Shown: positions 37,813 to 46,509 of the stretch, in pieces
Layout: each line of letters starts with the position of its first letter
Position numbering within the stretch: position 1 is the first letter of the stretch
Source of the DNA: a virus
IMG/VR virus record: IMGVR_UViG_3300027833_000016
DNA length: 64,000 nt
Reading direction: 5' to 3' (one strand)
The notes under the pieces: generated by a model
Databases searched by the model: none
Told to the model about the DNA's origin: nothing
What the model saw: only the letters and a program-made list of their open reading frames with translations
Position numbers and translations under genes: made by a program

Positions 37813-38169
37813 ATGTTTAATAATTATACTGCTCAAGCAACAACTGGTGCCGCAGGGGGATTCACTCTCGCTTTCGGTGGTCTTGATATGGCGGCACTTC
37901 GTGTCGAATGTGTTCTAGGTGAGACTCCTATGGTTGACAAAGAAGTATCTCTGTCTGCCAAGAAATACGATGTCGCTTCACTTATGATCGGTGAGAAGTT
38001 TATCTCTTACGATCTGATACTACGCATGATGCTCAAAGATGGTGTTATCACTCGACAGAGCAAAGTTAAGATCGGTGCTACTGGAAGACTTCGTGAAGTC
38101 TATGACTGTAAGACACAGAAAGCATACCGTATGTGGGGTAAGACTTACTATGGGTGTGTGACAAAATGA
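37813..38169 (+). CDS. Early hypothetical protein
   Basis: AGGTG RBS; operon context. Confidence 0.65.
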   Translation: MFNNYTAQATTGAAGGFTLAFGGLDMAALRVECVLGETPMVDKEVSLSAKKYDVASLMIGEKFISYDLILRMMLKDGVITRQSKVKIGATGRLREVYDCKTQKAYRMWGKTYYGCVTK

Positions 38170-38273
38170 TTGACTTTATCGCATCACTAACATTCGGTGA
38201 GGGGTTATCCCTCCTCATCCTGTTTGGCGTGTTTATCTTGTGGGTAGAGATTAAAGGGAGAGACGAGCAGTGA
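38166..38273 (+). CDS. Small single-TM peptide (35 aa)
   Basis: ATGA-coupled; hydrophobic. Confidence 0.45.
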   Translation: MIDFIASLTFGEGLSLLILFGVFILWVEIKGRDEQ

Positions 38274-38413
38274 GTAAACCACGCAACCCTGTTGCTAAGT
38301 TCCAACGCAAGTACAACAAGGCAAAGGTATTTCTTGATCGCAAGCGTGAAGCAAAGAAGCAAGGCAAACTTGTGTATGCCGAATACCCACCACTAAAGGA
38401 TAGTGACCAATGA
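38270..38413 (+). CDS. Small basic protein (NPVAK family)
   Basis: GTGA-coupled; RNPVAKFQRKYNKAKVFLDRK. Confidence 0.55.
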   Translation: MSKPRNPVAKFQRKYNKAKVFLDRKREAKKQGKLVYAEYPPLKDSDQ

Positions 38414-38979
38414 ATATATTTAGATTAGATAATGATCCTGTTGTTGCCGCACAGATGATGTGTGATAAGCACGTTGTCAAAATGGTGACCGAATATGGTC
38501 AACTACTTTCTACTGCTCACCGTGTATTAATGGGTACTCCAGAGAAACGTCTATCCAAGTCTGGCAAGCGTATGGTCGATCACTATGTAGTAAAAGGTGC
38601 CGCCAAAGAACGACTGCTATATAAGGTTGCCCATAAGAATCATCCGTCTGCTATCTGGGCACGAGAGAATAACGAAAACTACCGATGGTTATACAAGCAC
38701 TTCCAAGCAACCGCGAAGGAGTACGAACATCGTTATGGACGTGTACACAAGACATATAAAGATCTAGGTGGTATGTTATGGTTCTCACCTATCGTACCAG
38801 ACGGTACTGATTACCGATGGGCACGAGAGACAGAGATGCCTCAGTGTATGCCTGATCACTGCAAGCAAGACGATGTGGTTGATGCTTACCGGAAATACTA
38901 TATAGAGGAGAAGAAAGGTTTTGCTAAGTGGACTAAAAGAAAGACACCCGACTGGTTTCACAAAGAAGATGTCGGTTAA
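38410..38979 (+). CDS. Pyrimidine-dimer DNA glycosylase (DenV-like)
   Basis: MNIFRLD...CDKHVVKM..E..QLLS; HPSAIW; EY..RYG; AYRKYY. Confidence 0.8.
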   Translation: MNIFRLDNDPVVAAQMMCDKHVVKMVTEYGQLLSTAHRVLMGTPEKRLSKSGKRMVDHYVVKGAAKERLLYKVAHKNHPSAIWARENNENYRWLYKHFQATAKEYEHRYGRVHKTYKDLGGMLWFSPIVPDGTDYRWARETEMPQCMPDHCKQDDVVDAYRKYYIEEKKGFAKWTKRKTPDWFHKEDVG

Positions 38980-39112
38980 GGAAGTCATCGCCACAGCAAT
39001 CCTATTGGTATGGTTATCTGCGTCATTAAACAAGTATGACGAACTATATGGAGTAAGAATGTCAATGCGTAGAATGAATGAGTGCCGGAAAGTGTTGACA
39101 ACCCCAATCTAG
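38969..39112 (+). CDS. Small membrane peptide
   Basis: MSVKEVIATAILLVWLSAS... Confidence 0.4.
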   Translation: MSVKEVIATAILLVWLSASLNKYDELYGVRMSMRRMNECRKVLTTPI

Positions 39113-39123
39113 CGTGGTATAAT
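39095..39123 (+). promoter_or_regulatory. Sigma70 consensus promoter
   Basis: TTGACA-N17-TATAAT. Confidence 0.8.
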
Positions 39124-39152
39124 ATAAACTTAATACACAGACAAGGATACCA

Positions 39153-39323
39153 ATGAACAAGCGACTCAGACATTTGCAACTTAGATCAGCGCAGACTGCG
39201 CAACAAAGTAGAAGAAGAATGATGAGACTGAATGTGTTATTTGAACAAGAAATTAAATCAATTGAAGGAGAAGATCCGTTATGGCCTATACAGAAAAACA
39301 GTGGAAAGCAGATGTCGAAGTAG
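39153..39323 (+). CDS. Small basic hypothetical protein
   Basis: AAGGA RBS after the promoter; hand-translated. Confidence 0.45.
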   Translation: MNKRLRHLQLRSAQTAQQSRRRMMRLNVLFEQEIKSIEGEDPLWPIQKNSGKQMSK

Positions 39324-39592
39324 CAAAGGGCGTTCTGAAAGAAACTTATGTGAACAACATCGTCTACGTTCAAGAACGTGTTAAAGATGGTGCTAAAGAA
39401 GATGAATTGAAACAGATCGAAGATCTGATCATGGCGAACGAGCGACTTATCGTTTACTTTGATGAAGGTGATGAGTGGGTTAAAGAATTACATGAACAGG
39501 CAAAAGGCGATGGTGCCGATGATGCCGAATTTGAGGAAGTAAAAGATGATGAAGACGAAGTTGCAAGAATTGACAATGCCAGAAACTCCTGA
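39281..39592 (+). CDS. Acidic hypothetical protein
   Basis: GAAGGAG RBS. Confidence 0.65.
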   Translation: MAYTEKQWKADVEVAKGVLKETYVNNIVYVQERVKDGAKEDELKQIEDLIMANERLIVYFDEGDEWVKELHEQAKGDGADDAEFEEVKDDEDEVARIDNARNS

Positions 39593-39887
39593 AGAAATTA
39601 ACATCGAAGAGAAAGCAGACCATCTTCAAGTTATAAAGAATGGTCTTGTTGGTGCGTTACGCGATGGTGTGACACACTTACAGTTCAGGAAGGTTAACGG
39701 TGACACGCGCAATATGATTGCCACCCTGAAGACTGACTTGATCCCCGAAGATAAGATCCCCGAAGCAGGTAAGGAACGTAAAGAGTCTGTTGCACTAGTT
39801 GTGCTGTATGACCTTGAAGTTGCTGAATGGCGTTCACTGCGAACCGAGAACCTTGTCGAATATCGGTGTGAAGCATGGCAAGCGTAA
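39576..39887 (+). CDS. WYL_2/SH3-like beta-barrel protein
   Basis: F.KVNGDTR.M.ATL...YDLE...WRS.R motif. Confidence 0.75.
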   Translation: MPETPEEINIEEKADHLQVIKNGLVGALRDGVTHLQFRKVNGDTRNMIATLKTDLIPEDKIPEAGKERKESVALVVLYDLEVAEWRSLRTENLVEYRCEAWQA

Positions 39888-40444
39888 AGCGCAAACGGAA
39901 ACCCATGTCCGAAGAGCAACGTCTCGCGGCAGTCGAAAGACTTGCCAAGGCGCGTGAAGCACGAGGACATGATGGTTCCAAGAGCGTCCATCCCTTGTTA
40001 TTGGAACAAGACGAGGATAGTCCTATCCATTGGAAGAAGGTTCGAGTATGGGTCAAGGAGATCCAGTCAGAACTTACCTCAATGAAAGCAAAGAGACTGT
40101 CCAAGGATACTAAAGAGAGACACGAGTATCAGATACTTGAAGTCTACCTTGGTAACCTGAAGAAGTTCCTAGAGTCTAGCATATGGTTAGACATGAGATA
40201 CGGAAGACATCGTGAAGGAAGGATGAAGACTGTCGTTACGACAATGGCATACTTTCCGTGTGGAAGACCTAAGAGGACTGTAGGTCATTATTATAAAGAT
40301 GTTGGTGTTTACACCGAGGAAATGAAACATGACGATGACAGAATTTACAGTACAGACAACTACACCCCAGACCCCAGACAACTTTATGAACAAGAAGAAG
40401 TTCTCGAAGATGGTGGAGAGGACGGTGAGGAACTCTGGACTTAA
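39875..40444 (+). CDS. Conserved T4-like hypothetical protein upstream of gp33
   Basis: KRKPMSEEQR..A.ERLAKAR...W.D..YG...GRPKRTVG motif. Confidence 0.7.
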   Translation: MASVKRKRKPMSEEQRLAAVERLAKAREARGHDGSKSVHPLLLEQDEDSPIHWKKVRVWVKEIQSELTSMKAKRLSKDTKERHEYQILEVYLGNLKKFLESSIWLDMRYGRHREGRMKTVVTTMAYFPCGRPKRTVGHYYKDVGVYTEEMKHDDDRIYSTDNYTPDPRQLYEQEEVLEDGGEDGEELWT

Positions 40445-40595
40445 TTACATGGATTCTATTGTGCATATGTGCGATAAGAATAACATGGAAGTAGAGGACG
40501 TTAAGAAGTATTTGACTACCTCTATCATTGACTGCCTTGAAAGTGAGGCAATGAGTTTGAACTTTCTAGAGAAAACTAATTCACTAGATGTTTAA
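40329..40595 (+). CDS. 33: Late transcription coactivator gp33
   Basis: FS..VE......YMD.I...C.....E.E.V...L...I...LE.EA..LNFL pattern; adjacent to gp32. Confidence 0.85.
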   Translation: MTMTEFTVQTTTPQTPDNFMNKKKFSKMVERTVRNSGLNYMDSIVHMCDKNNMEVEDVKKYLTTSIIDCLESEAMSLNFLEKTNSLDV

Positions 40596-40602
40596 ATAAC
40601 AC

Positions 40603-40631
40603 TTGACTTATGTGTATAAATAGGTTACAAT
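40603..40631 (+). promoter_or_regulatory. Nested early and late promoters for gene 32
   Basis: TTGACT-N17-TACAAT enclosing TATAAATA (40615-40622). Confidence 0.75.
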
Positions 40632-40711
40632 ACTATGGTACAATAAAGTACAAAGTGAAAATACGCTGTGTAACACAACTGTAATACAATGCATATACTG
40701 GAGAAAATAAT

Positions 40712-41629
40712 ATGTCTTTTGCAAACCTAAAGTCTCGATCAACCGATATGAGCAAACTAGTAACTGCCGCGCAAGAAGCGTCAGGTCAAACAACCAAAAC
40801 CAATAAGTACGATGATGATCGCAAGTGGAAACCTACCGTTGATGATAACGGCAATGGTTACGCTGTGATTCGTTTCCTCCCTGCAATGGAAGGGGCAGAT
40901 ATGCCTTGGGAACGATATTGGGATCACGGATTCAAAGGCCCGGCAGGTCAGTGGTATATTGAGAAGTCTCTCACTACCATTGGTCAGAAGGATCCTGTGT
41001 CCGAACTGAATTCACGTTTGTGGAATTCGGGTATCGAAGACGATAAAGAAACTGCTCGTAGGCAGAAACGTAGACTACACTATGTGTCAAACATCTTAGT
41101 AGTAAACGATCCAACTAACCCCCAGAACAATGGGAAAGTATTCTTCTATGAGTATGGTAAGAAGATCTTTGATAAGATCATGGATATGATGCAACCACAG
41201 TTTCCCGGTGAAACTCCGATTAACCCATTCGACTTCTGGGCAGGTGCAGACTTTGAATTGAAGATTCGTAATGTTGCAGGATATCGCAACTATGACAAGT
41301 CTGAGTTCAAATCAACTACTGCTCTATATGACTCAGATGAAGTTAAGTTGGAAGCAACTTACAACCAACAGTATGACCTACATGAATTTGTAGATCCTGC
41401 TAACTACAAGTCTTTTGATGAACTTTCTTCTAGATTAGAATTAGTTCTTGGAACGGCAGTTGGTGGTAATGTAACACAAAAGAATGAAGCACTCACTCAG
41501 ACTGCTGAGATGAATGTGGGACGTTCTGCTCCTCAACCAGAGATCGTTTCTGCTCCTGCCCCAACGGTAGGTGCGGCATCTGATGAAGAGGATACTCTAT
41601 CTTACTTTGCTAAGATGGCACAAGAATAG
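40712..41629 (+). CDS. 32: Single-stranded DNA-binding protein gp32
   Basis: GNGYAVIRFLP, HGFKGP, YGKKIFDKI and YRNYDKSEF motifs; acidic tail. Confidence 0.97.
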   Translation: MSFANLKSRSTDMSKLVTAAQEASGQTTKTNKYDDDRKWKPTVDDNGNGYAVIRFLPAMEGADMPWERYWDHGFKGPAGQWYIEKSLTTIGQKDPVSELNSRLWNSGIEDDKETARRQKRRLHYVSNILVVNDPTNPQNNGKVFFYEYGKKIFDKIMDMMQPQFPGETPINPFDFWAGADFELKIRNVAGYRNYDKSEFKSTTALYDSDEVKLEATYNQQYDLHEFVDPANYKSFDELSSRLELVLGTAVGGNVTQKNEALTQTAEMNVGRSAPQPEIVSAPAPTVGAASDEEDTLSYFAKMAQE

Positions 41630-41762
41630 GTGATTGGAACTCAGTGAGTGAAAATCTGCTGATATTAAACTCACCTTTAACTAAAACACTAAACCAGACG
41701 TGGGTCACGGAGAAGTTTCGAACCAGTTGATCGGGTGTAGGGATGGAGTGATAAGTGTTTAT

Positions 41763-41795
41763 AAGGGGTATGACTGGATGTCATCCCCTTTTTTT
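41763..41795 (+). terminator. Rho-independent terminator after gene 32, convergent with iscU
   Basis: AAGGGGTATGAC-TGGAT-GTCATCCCCTT followed by a T run. Confidence 0.75.
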
Positions 41796-42164
41796 ATTCC
41801 TGTAATCTGCTATCGCAGTCTTAATCGCGTCCTCTGCTAGGACAGAACAGTGTATCTTAACAGGTGGCAATGCTAACTCTTCTGCCAATTCTGTATTCCG
41901 TATGGTGTTTGCTTTATCCAAGGACTGACCAATGACCCATTCGGTAAGTAGACTACTAGAAGCAATAGCACTACCGCAACCGTAAGTCTTGAACTTCGCA
42001 TCTTCTATTATTCCTTCTTCGCTTACTCTTATCTGTAGTCTCATAACATCACCACACGCAGGGGCACCTACCATACCAGTGCCCACGTTCTTATCGTGTT
42101 CGTCCATCTTTCCCACGTTTCGGGGATTCTCGTAATGGTCTAGTAACTTCTCACTGTATGCCAC
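41781..42164 (-). CDS. iscU: Fe-S cluster scaffold IscU
   Basis: AYSEKLLDHYENPRNVG, PACGDVM, GCGSAIAS and LPPVKIHCS motifs; GTG start inferred. Confidence 0.95.
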   Translation of the reverse strand: MAYSEKLLDHYENPRNVGKMDEHDKNVGTGMVGAPACGDVMRLQIRVSEEGIIEDAKFKTYGCGSAIASSSLLTEWVIGQSLDKANTIRNTELAEELALPPVKIHCSVLAEDAIKTAIADYRNKKRG

Positions 42165-42165
42165 T

Positions 42166-44226
42166 CTAGTTAATCCATTCCATGTCGTGGAAACTTCTAT
42201 CATTGTTATCTTGGGTTGGTAGATTATTATCAATGATTGCCGCAGTGTTACTGTTACTATTGTTTGTTACTGTCGATGTCTGGGGAGCAATCATAACGGC
42301 ATTAGTACCACCTGCCGCTTGCGCGTTCTCCTTAGACATTGCATCTAACTCAGCACCTCTTCTTGCTTTGATGTCTTCAATATGTGCAAGTTTGCTATCG
42401 GTTTGACCCAAGATGCGTTTGCCAAATGCGCTGTCTTCTTCTAGTTGCACACCCTTGAACTTACCAGTAGACTTGATCTTTAACAGTTTCTCTTCGTCTC
42501 TGAGCAATTTATCTTCGGCACGTCGATCCCTGTCTGCTCTGATCTGGGCACGTTTCTTTCTCTTTGCTTCCTGATCTTTTTGGTATGCAGGATCGTCTAG
42601 ATCTTTAAGGAATTCCGCTGTGGCCGCGTTCATTGGTTTCTTAGGATTAGTATCACTTGCCGCTTTAGTCTTCGTAACTTCTACAGGAAGTTCAGGAATC
42701 TCAGATTCGTTCTTTTCTACAGGAAGTTCAGGAATCTCAGATTCGTTTGTATTCTCTGCTCCCACTGCTTCTACAGGTGGGGGTGGAGCAACATTAACAT
42801 AATCGTAGACTGCATCTGGTACTAGTTTACCTAACAGTGAGTCTGCGTCTGGTAGTATACTACCTATCAGTTCCTTTAGTTTATTCAATGCCATTAACGC
42901 GAAGTCACCGACTGCACTCTTGGCATCATCAAACTTACCCTCAAGACCGAGCAACTGAAGGATCTTTGTGAATGCTCCAGTGACCAACGTCTTGATAGTA
43001 TTCCAAATCCTAGTAGGAAGTTCTAGTAACCATTCGAAAGTAAACCCTTCCCCATCTAACCCAAGCATATCACCAACCGCAGAGAACCAATCAGTGATTC
43101 CTTGTATAGCATTTTGTATGATCAAGTCAAACTTTAGTTTGAATATCTCTCCTGCATTATCTGTGTTGGTGAATATGTCACCAATACTACCAAACAAGTC
43201 TCCAATCAAATCCATTAGACTGAATTCCGAGACCATCTTTCCAAACTCTTCAAAACCAAGAGTCTTTAATACGAAACCCATAATCTTCTTTGGTATCCAC
43301 AGTACAAGATCAACCAAACCACCAATAATATTCTTTGCAAGAGAACCTAAGAAGTCAACGATACCTCTTGTCATCTTCTTTCCGAACCCACCTTCCTGCT
43401 CCTTGAATCCTTTGAATCCATCAAACAGACCGATTAAACCACTGATGACTTGACCAACGATAGGAATCTTAGTACCGAACACTTTGAATGCATTAAAGAC
43501 TTTTCCTAAAGTTCCACCCTTAGAAAACATATTACCAAACCCACTCAACAACTTCGTAGGGCCAGCGAACAGGTTCTTGAAGGTTGCCACTATTTTTGCT
43601 AACAGACCACCTGCTTTCTGACTAGACTCTATTGACTTACCAACGGCACGGAAGGGAGTCAGTAAGAATCGTATCCCTTTACCAATATTATTCATTATCT
43701 TAGACATCGTGCCCATAGGTTTGAATGCACCATTGACACCCTTACCCATACTCTTGAAACCTCTAGTACCTGCCATGAATGCATTACTAACGTTCTTCAA
43801 GTTCCTACTTAGACTCTTTACTCCCTTGGCAATAGAAGAACGGAATCCTGCTGTTGCTTTATCAATCCAAGTACCTTTGAGTAATTTAGAGGCAAACCCA
43901 CCTAACCAAGTTGCCACACCAGTGACGAATCCTGCGACTGCCGCACCGAGAGTTAGGGCAAATCCTGCGATACCCATTCCACCAGTGAAGTCATCTTTCT
44001 GGAAACCTTTGATAGGAGAAGACTTGGGTTTATCGCCCTTACCTTTCTTATCGTCTCTGCGCTTCTCTTCATCGTCAAGTTTATCCCCCGCAAACGACTT
44101 CAAGAACTTTTCCATGTTCTTGTTTAGGTTCGTTAACTGGGTAGTAGTCGCTTTATCTCCACTCTTCGTTGTATCGTTGAGTTCTCTTAAACCGACTGCT
44201 ACTTGTTTTAGGTTGGTCTCTGCCAT
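42166..44226 (-). CDS. 29: Baseplate hub/tape-measure protein gp29-like
   Basis: Long helical Gly/Phe-rich protein with N/T-rich C-terminus, downstream of gp26/gp51. Confidence 0.7.
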   Translation of the reverse strand: MAETNLKQVAVGLRELNDTTKSGDKATTTQLTNLNKNMEKFLKSFAGDKLDDEEKRRDDKKGKGDKPKSSPIKGFQKDDFTGGMGIAGFALTLGAAVAGFVTGVATWLGGFASKLLKGTWIDKATAGFRSSIAKGVKSLSRNLKNVSNAFMAGTRGFKSMGKGVNGAFKPMGTMSKIMNNIGKGIRFLLTPFRAVGKSIESSQKAGGLLAKIVATFKNLFAGPTKLLSGFGNMFSKGGTLGKVFNAFKVFGTKIPIVGQVISGLIGLFDGFKGFKEQEGGFGKKMTRGIVDFLGSLAKNIIGGLVDLVLWIPKKIMGFVLKTLGFEEFGKMVSEFSLMDLIGDLFGSIGDIFTNTDNAGEIFKLKFDLIIQNAIQGITDWFSAVGDMLGLDGEGFTFEWLLELPTRIWNTIKTLVTGAFTKILQLLGLEGKFDDAKSAVGDFALMALNKLKELIGSILPDADSLLGKLVPDAVYDYVNVAPPPPVEAVGAENTNESEIPELPVEKNESEIPELPVEVTKTKAASDTNPKKPMNAATAEFLKDLDDPAYQKDQEAKRKKRAQIRADRDRRAEDKLLRDEEKLLKIKSTGKFKGVQLEEDSAFGKRILGQTDSKLAHIEDIKARRGAELDAMSKENAQAAGGTNAVMIAPQTSTVTNNSNSNTAAIIDNNLPTQDNNDRSFHDMEWIN
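42679..42747. repeat. Tandem 33-bp duplication (36-bp period) encoding NESEIPELPVE twice
   Basis: 42679-42711 is identical to 42715-42747. Confidence 0.9.
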
Positions 44227-44228
44227 TG

Positions 44229-44396
44229 TTACTGCCCTTGTTGTTCTTGTTTAATTCTATCGTTCTCTTCCTTTACATAATCAATTAACATACTTACATA
44301 TATCTCCCTTTCCCACGGCATCATTGTATCTATTTCTGCTAGATTATAATGATGGTGTTGCATCAACGAAAAGTTGGTCTTATAATGATTGACCAA
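44229..44396 (-). CDS. 51: gp51-like baseplate hub assembly protein, probably made as a frameshift extension of gp26
   Basis: Hand-translated LVNHYKTNFSLMQHHHYNLAEIDTMMPWEREIYVSML; only a TTG start, no RBS. Confidence 0.8.
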   Translation of the reverse strand: MVNHYKTNFSLMQHHHYNLAEIDTMMPWEREIYVSMLIDYVKEENDRIKQEQQGQ

Positions 44397-44413
44397 GTTA
44401 TCGTGAGAAAGGT

Positions 44414-45139
44414 TTATGACAAAAAATCAGATATCCCTTTCAGTTTCCTTTCTACCGTCTCTCCGCAACCTTCACACGCAAATTTAAGATCATGTTCTAT
44501 TGCAGGTAGTTCACTTAGGAACTTTGACACACCTGCAAACTGGTCTGATGTCATGGACTCAATGAAGTCAATCAACTCTTCTTGTGTTGATTCACTGGCA
44601 TCGATCCTTTCGTCTTCGGTTAGGATGGCGGCAATTGATTGTGCTAACATAGCAAAACCCATCTCCGTCTGATCACCCTCTTCGAGATCCATCTTCAGTA
44701 CATCCGAGTACTTTGGGTATTGCATCTCTACTGATATATTGTCTGTTATCTCAATTGTGCTTTCCTGATCTTCGGGGAACTTAACTTGAATTGCCGCGAT
44801 GTCTAGCGACACTTCGTTCTTATGTCCACACCCTTCATGGGAGCAAGGTACCACAATAGTCGCACTCTCTCCAACTGACTTAGATCTAACCTGAGTAAAC
44901 AGATACTCTACGTCAAATGTCGTTAGACTTCTTGCATCTATGTTTTCAATACAAGCGTCTAGTGTATTGACGATTGCATTCAATGCTTCTTTCTGATGAC
45001 CAGTCTCAAATGCAATCATTAGTATCTTCTCTTCTTTGACCAAGTATGGTCGGTAACTGACAGTATCTCCAGTAGAAGGGACTTTACAAGTGTATTGCGG
45101 TGATTCGTTTAGTTTTGGTAATGCCATAATATTCTCCAA
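44414..45139 (-). CDS. 26: Baseplate hub assembly protein gp26
   Basis: ALPKL..P.Y..PST...YRPYLVKEEKIL, FD.EY.F...RSKSVGE and CxxC motifs. Confidence 0.9.
   Translation of the reverse strand: MENIMALPKLNESPQYTCKVPSTGDTVSYRPYLVKEEKILMIAFETGHQKEALNAIVNTLDACIENIDARSLTTFDVEYLFTQVRSKSVGESATIVVPCSHEGCGHKNEVSLDIAAIQVKFPEDQESTIEITDNISVEMQYPKYSDVLKMDLEEGDQTEMGFAMLAQSIAAILTEDERIDASESTQEELIDFIESMTSDQFAGVSKFLSELPAIEHDLKFACEGCGETVERKLKGISDFLS
44420..44426 (-). other. Putative -1 ribosomal frameshift heptamer T TTT TTG
   Basis: Last codons of gp26 (GAT TTT TTG TCA TAA); the -1 frame is open into gp51. Confidence 0.7.
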
Positions 45140-45152
45140 TATTAAATAATAA

Positions 45153-45887
45153 TTAAATCTTTCCTAATAGAAAGTTTGTTAATGATGAAATAGCACCACG
45201 ACCAATTGCTTCGCCTGTGCCTGTATGTTGTCCTACCGTGCTTTCCCAATCAGTGTACGATAGTTGTACTGTCAATTCCATTACACCTTCTTCTGCATTA
45301 CCTAACTGTTGATCAGAGATCGTAGTTGGGTAACACTCTCGTAATGAAACCGAGTATGTCTTCTTCTCATTGAAACTTGCACCTGCATCTATCTCGCCTT
45401 GCTGTAGATCAATCGGGCCAACCTTGGGTAGTCTGTTCCGTAGGAAGGATGGGATCTTATCTACGAACCCCAACTGCTTCTTGAAGATAGACAATCTAAG
45501 TCCTCTCTCTATTAACGCAATCTTCACTGGGTATGTATAATCTTCGAAGTAACCTACGGTACGACTCACTGGATCGTGTGCCTCTGCTTGCCATGCTTCG
45601 AAGTACTGTCGTGCCACATGATCGTTTCCTACCAAGAAGGTCAATGTTAGATCTGTAGTAGCATAACCATTAGCAATCTTGCGTAAGGTTGTTCCCATTT
45701 GCTTATCGATGGATGTGATCTGCCGTCCCGGTAATGACGCAACCGTACAGAAAATGTTCAATGCCTGTGCGTCTACAGGAAAGGTAGATAGTTGGGGTAG
45801 TTGAACCATGAACTGATTCGCCTTTGCCAAACCACCCGACTTACTGAGTTCTGCTTTTAATGTTTCTATTGATGAACCTGCACTCAC
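45153..45887 (-). CDS. 54: Baseplate-tail tube initiator gp54-like
   Basis: GGLAKANQF.V, C..ASLPG, YFEAW and YP...L....V.LSY tube fold. Confidence 0.75.
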   Translation of the reverse strand: MSAGSSIETLKAELSKSGGLAKANQFMVQLPQLSTFPVDAQALNIFCTVASLPGRQITSIDKQMGTTLRKIANGYATTDLTLTFLVGNDHVARQYFEAWQAEAHDPVSRTVGYFEDYTYPVKIALIERGLRLSIFKKQLGFVDKIPSFLRNRLPKVGPIDLQQGEIDAGASFNEKKTYSVSLRECYPTTISDQQLGNAEEGVMELTVQLSYTDWESTVGQHTGTGEAIGRGAISSLTNFLLGKI

Positions 45888-46468
45888 TGAATCTGACTCC
45901 TACTATCGTAATGTACTTTATAACTGTTTGCCTTACGGAACTGAGCAGTAGGTAAGAAGATTGCAACTTCCCATTCTGGTGCTAGTACTTCCGCGAACTT
46001 ACTTGTTACCTGTGAGTTCAAGTAATGCTTTAGACAAGGTTTGAAGTATCTTAAACCAGAAGACTTCTTCAACATCCTATAGGTCAATGAAAACTTGGCA
46101 TCATCTGTCAACTTACTACCCTGTATATCCATTAAGTTTGCGAAGAACTGCATACGCAACTTAGGTGGCAGGTAGTGTAAGTTAAGTCCCATAAACCCAC
46201 CTTTGGCAGGGCCGAGTACGATGACCAATGGAAAGATATCATAGTACGGTAATTTGTCTTTATGTTTAGGATCATACATAAACATCTGCATAGAACCGAT
46301 GATCTGCTTGGCACCTTGCTTCAACTCATCTTCTTGCATTAGTGCCGTTCTATTGATCGACCTCATATTCTGTGCTTTCTTTAAAAACCACTCACGACTT
46401 TCTTTGGTGCGAGGTGTTATACCTGCACGGAATGCTTGTCGTTCTAGTCTTTGTAAAATCTTAGACAT
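45884..46468 (-). CDS. 2: DNA end protector gp2
   Basis: YDPKHKDKLPYYD.FPL, GLNLHYL, KHYL and LPTAQF motifs. Confidence 0.92.
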   Translation of the reverse strand: MSKILQRLERQAFRAGITPRTKESREWFLKKAQNMRSINRTALMQEDELKQGAKQIIGSMQMFMYDPKHKDKLPYYDIFPLVIVLGPAKGGFMGLNLHYLPPKLRMQFFANLMDIQGSKLTDDAKFSLTYRMLKKSSGLRYFKPCLKHYLNSQVTSKFAEVLAPEWEVAIFLPTAQFRKANSYKVHYDSRSQIQ

Positions 46469-46495
46469 TGTTAATCCTGTAATAACTCATGTGTT

Positions 46496-46503
46496 TATTT
46501 ATA
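46496..46503 (-). promoter_or_regulatory. T4 late promoter
   Basis: TATAAATA on the minus strand upstream of gp2. Confidence 0.75.
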
Positions 46504-46509
46504 TGAATA

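Noticed and set aside
41700-41760. tRNA suggested by the GTTTCGAACC T-loop-like string
   Set aside because: No acceptor stem or cloverleaf could be built; no tRNA was recognised anywhere in the window
42182-44672. Plus-strand ORFs of 60-181 aa
   Set aside because: Antisense shadows of gp29, gp51 and gp26; the same applies to most short overlapping ORFs in the track
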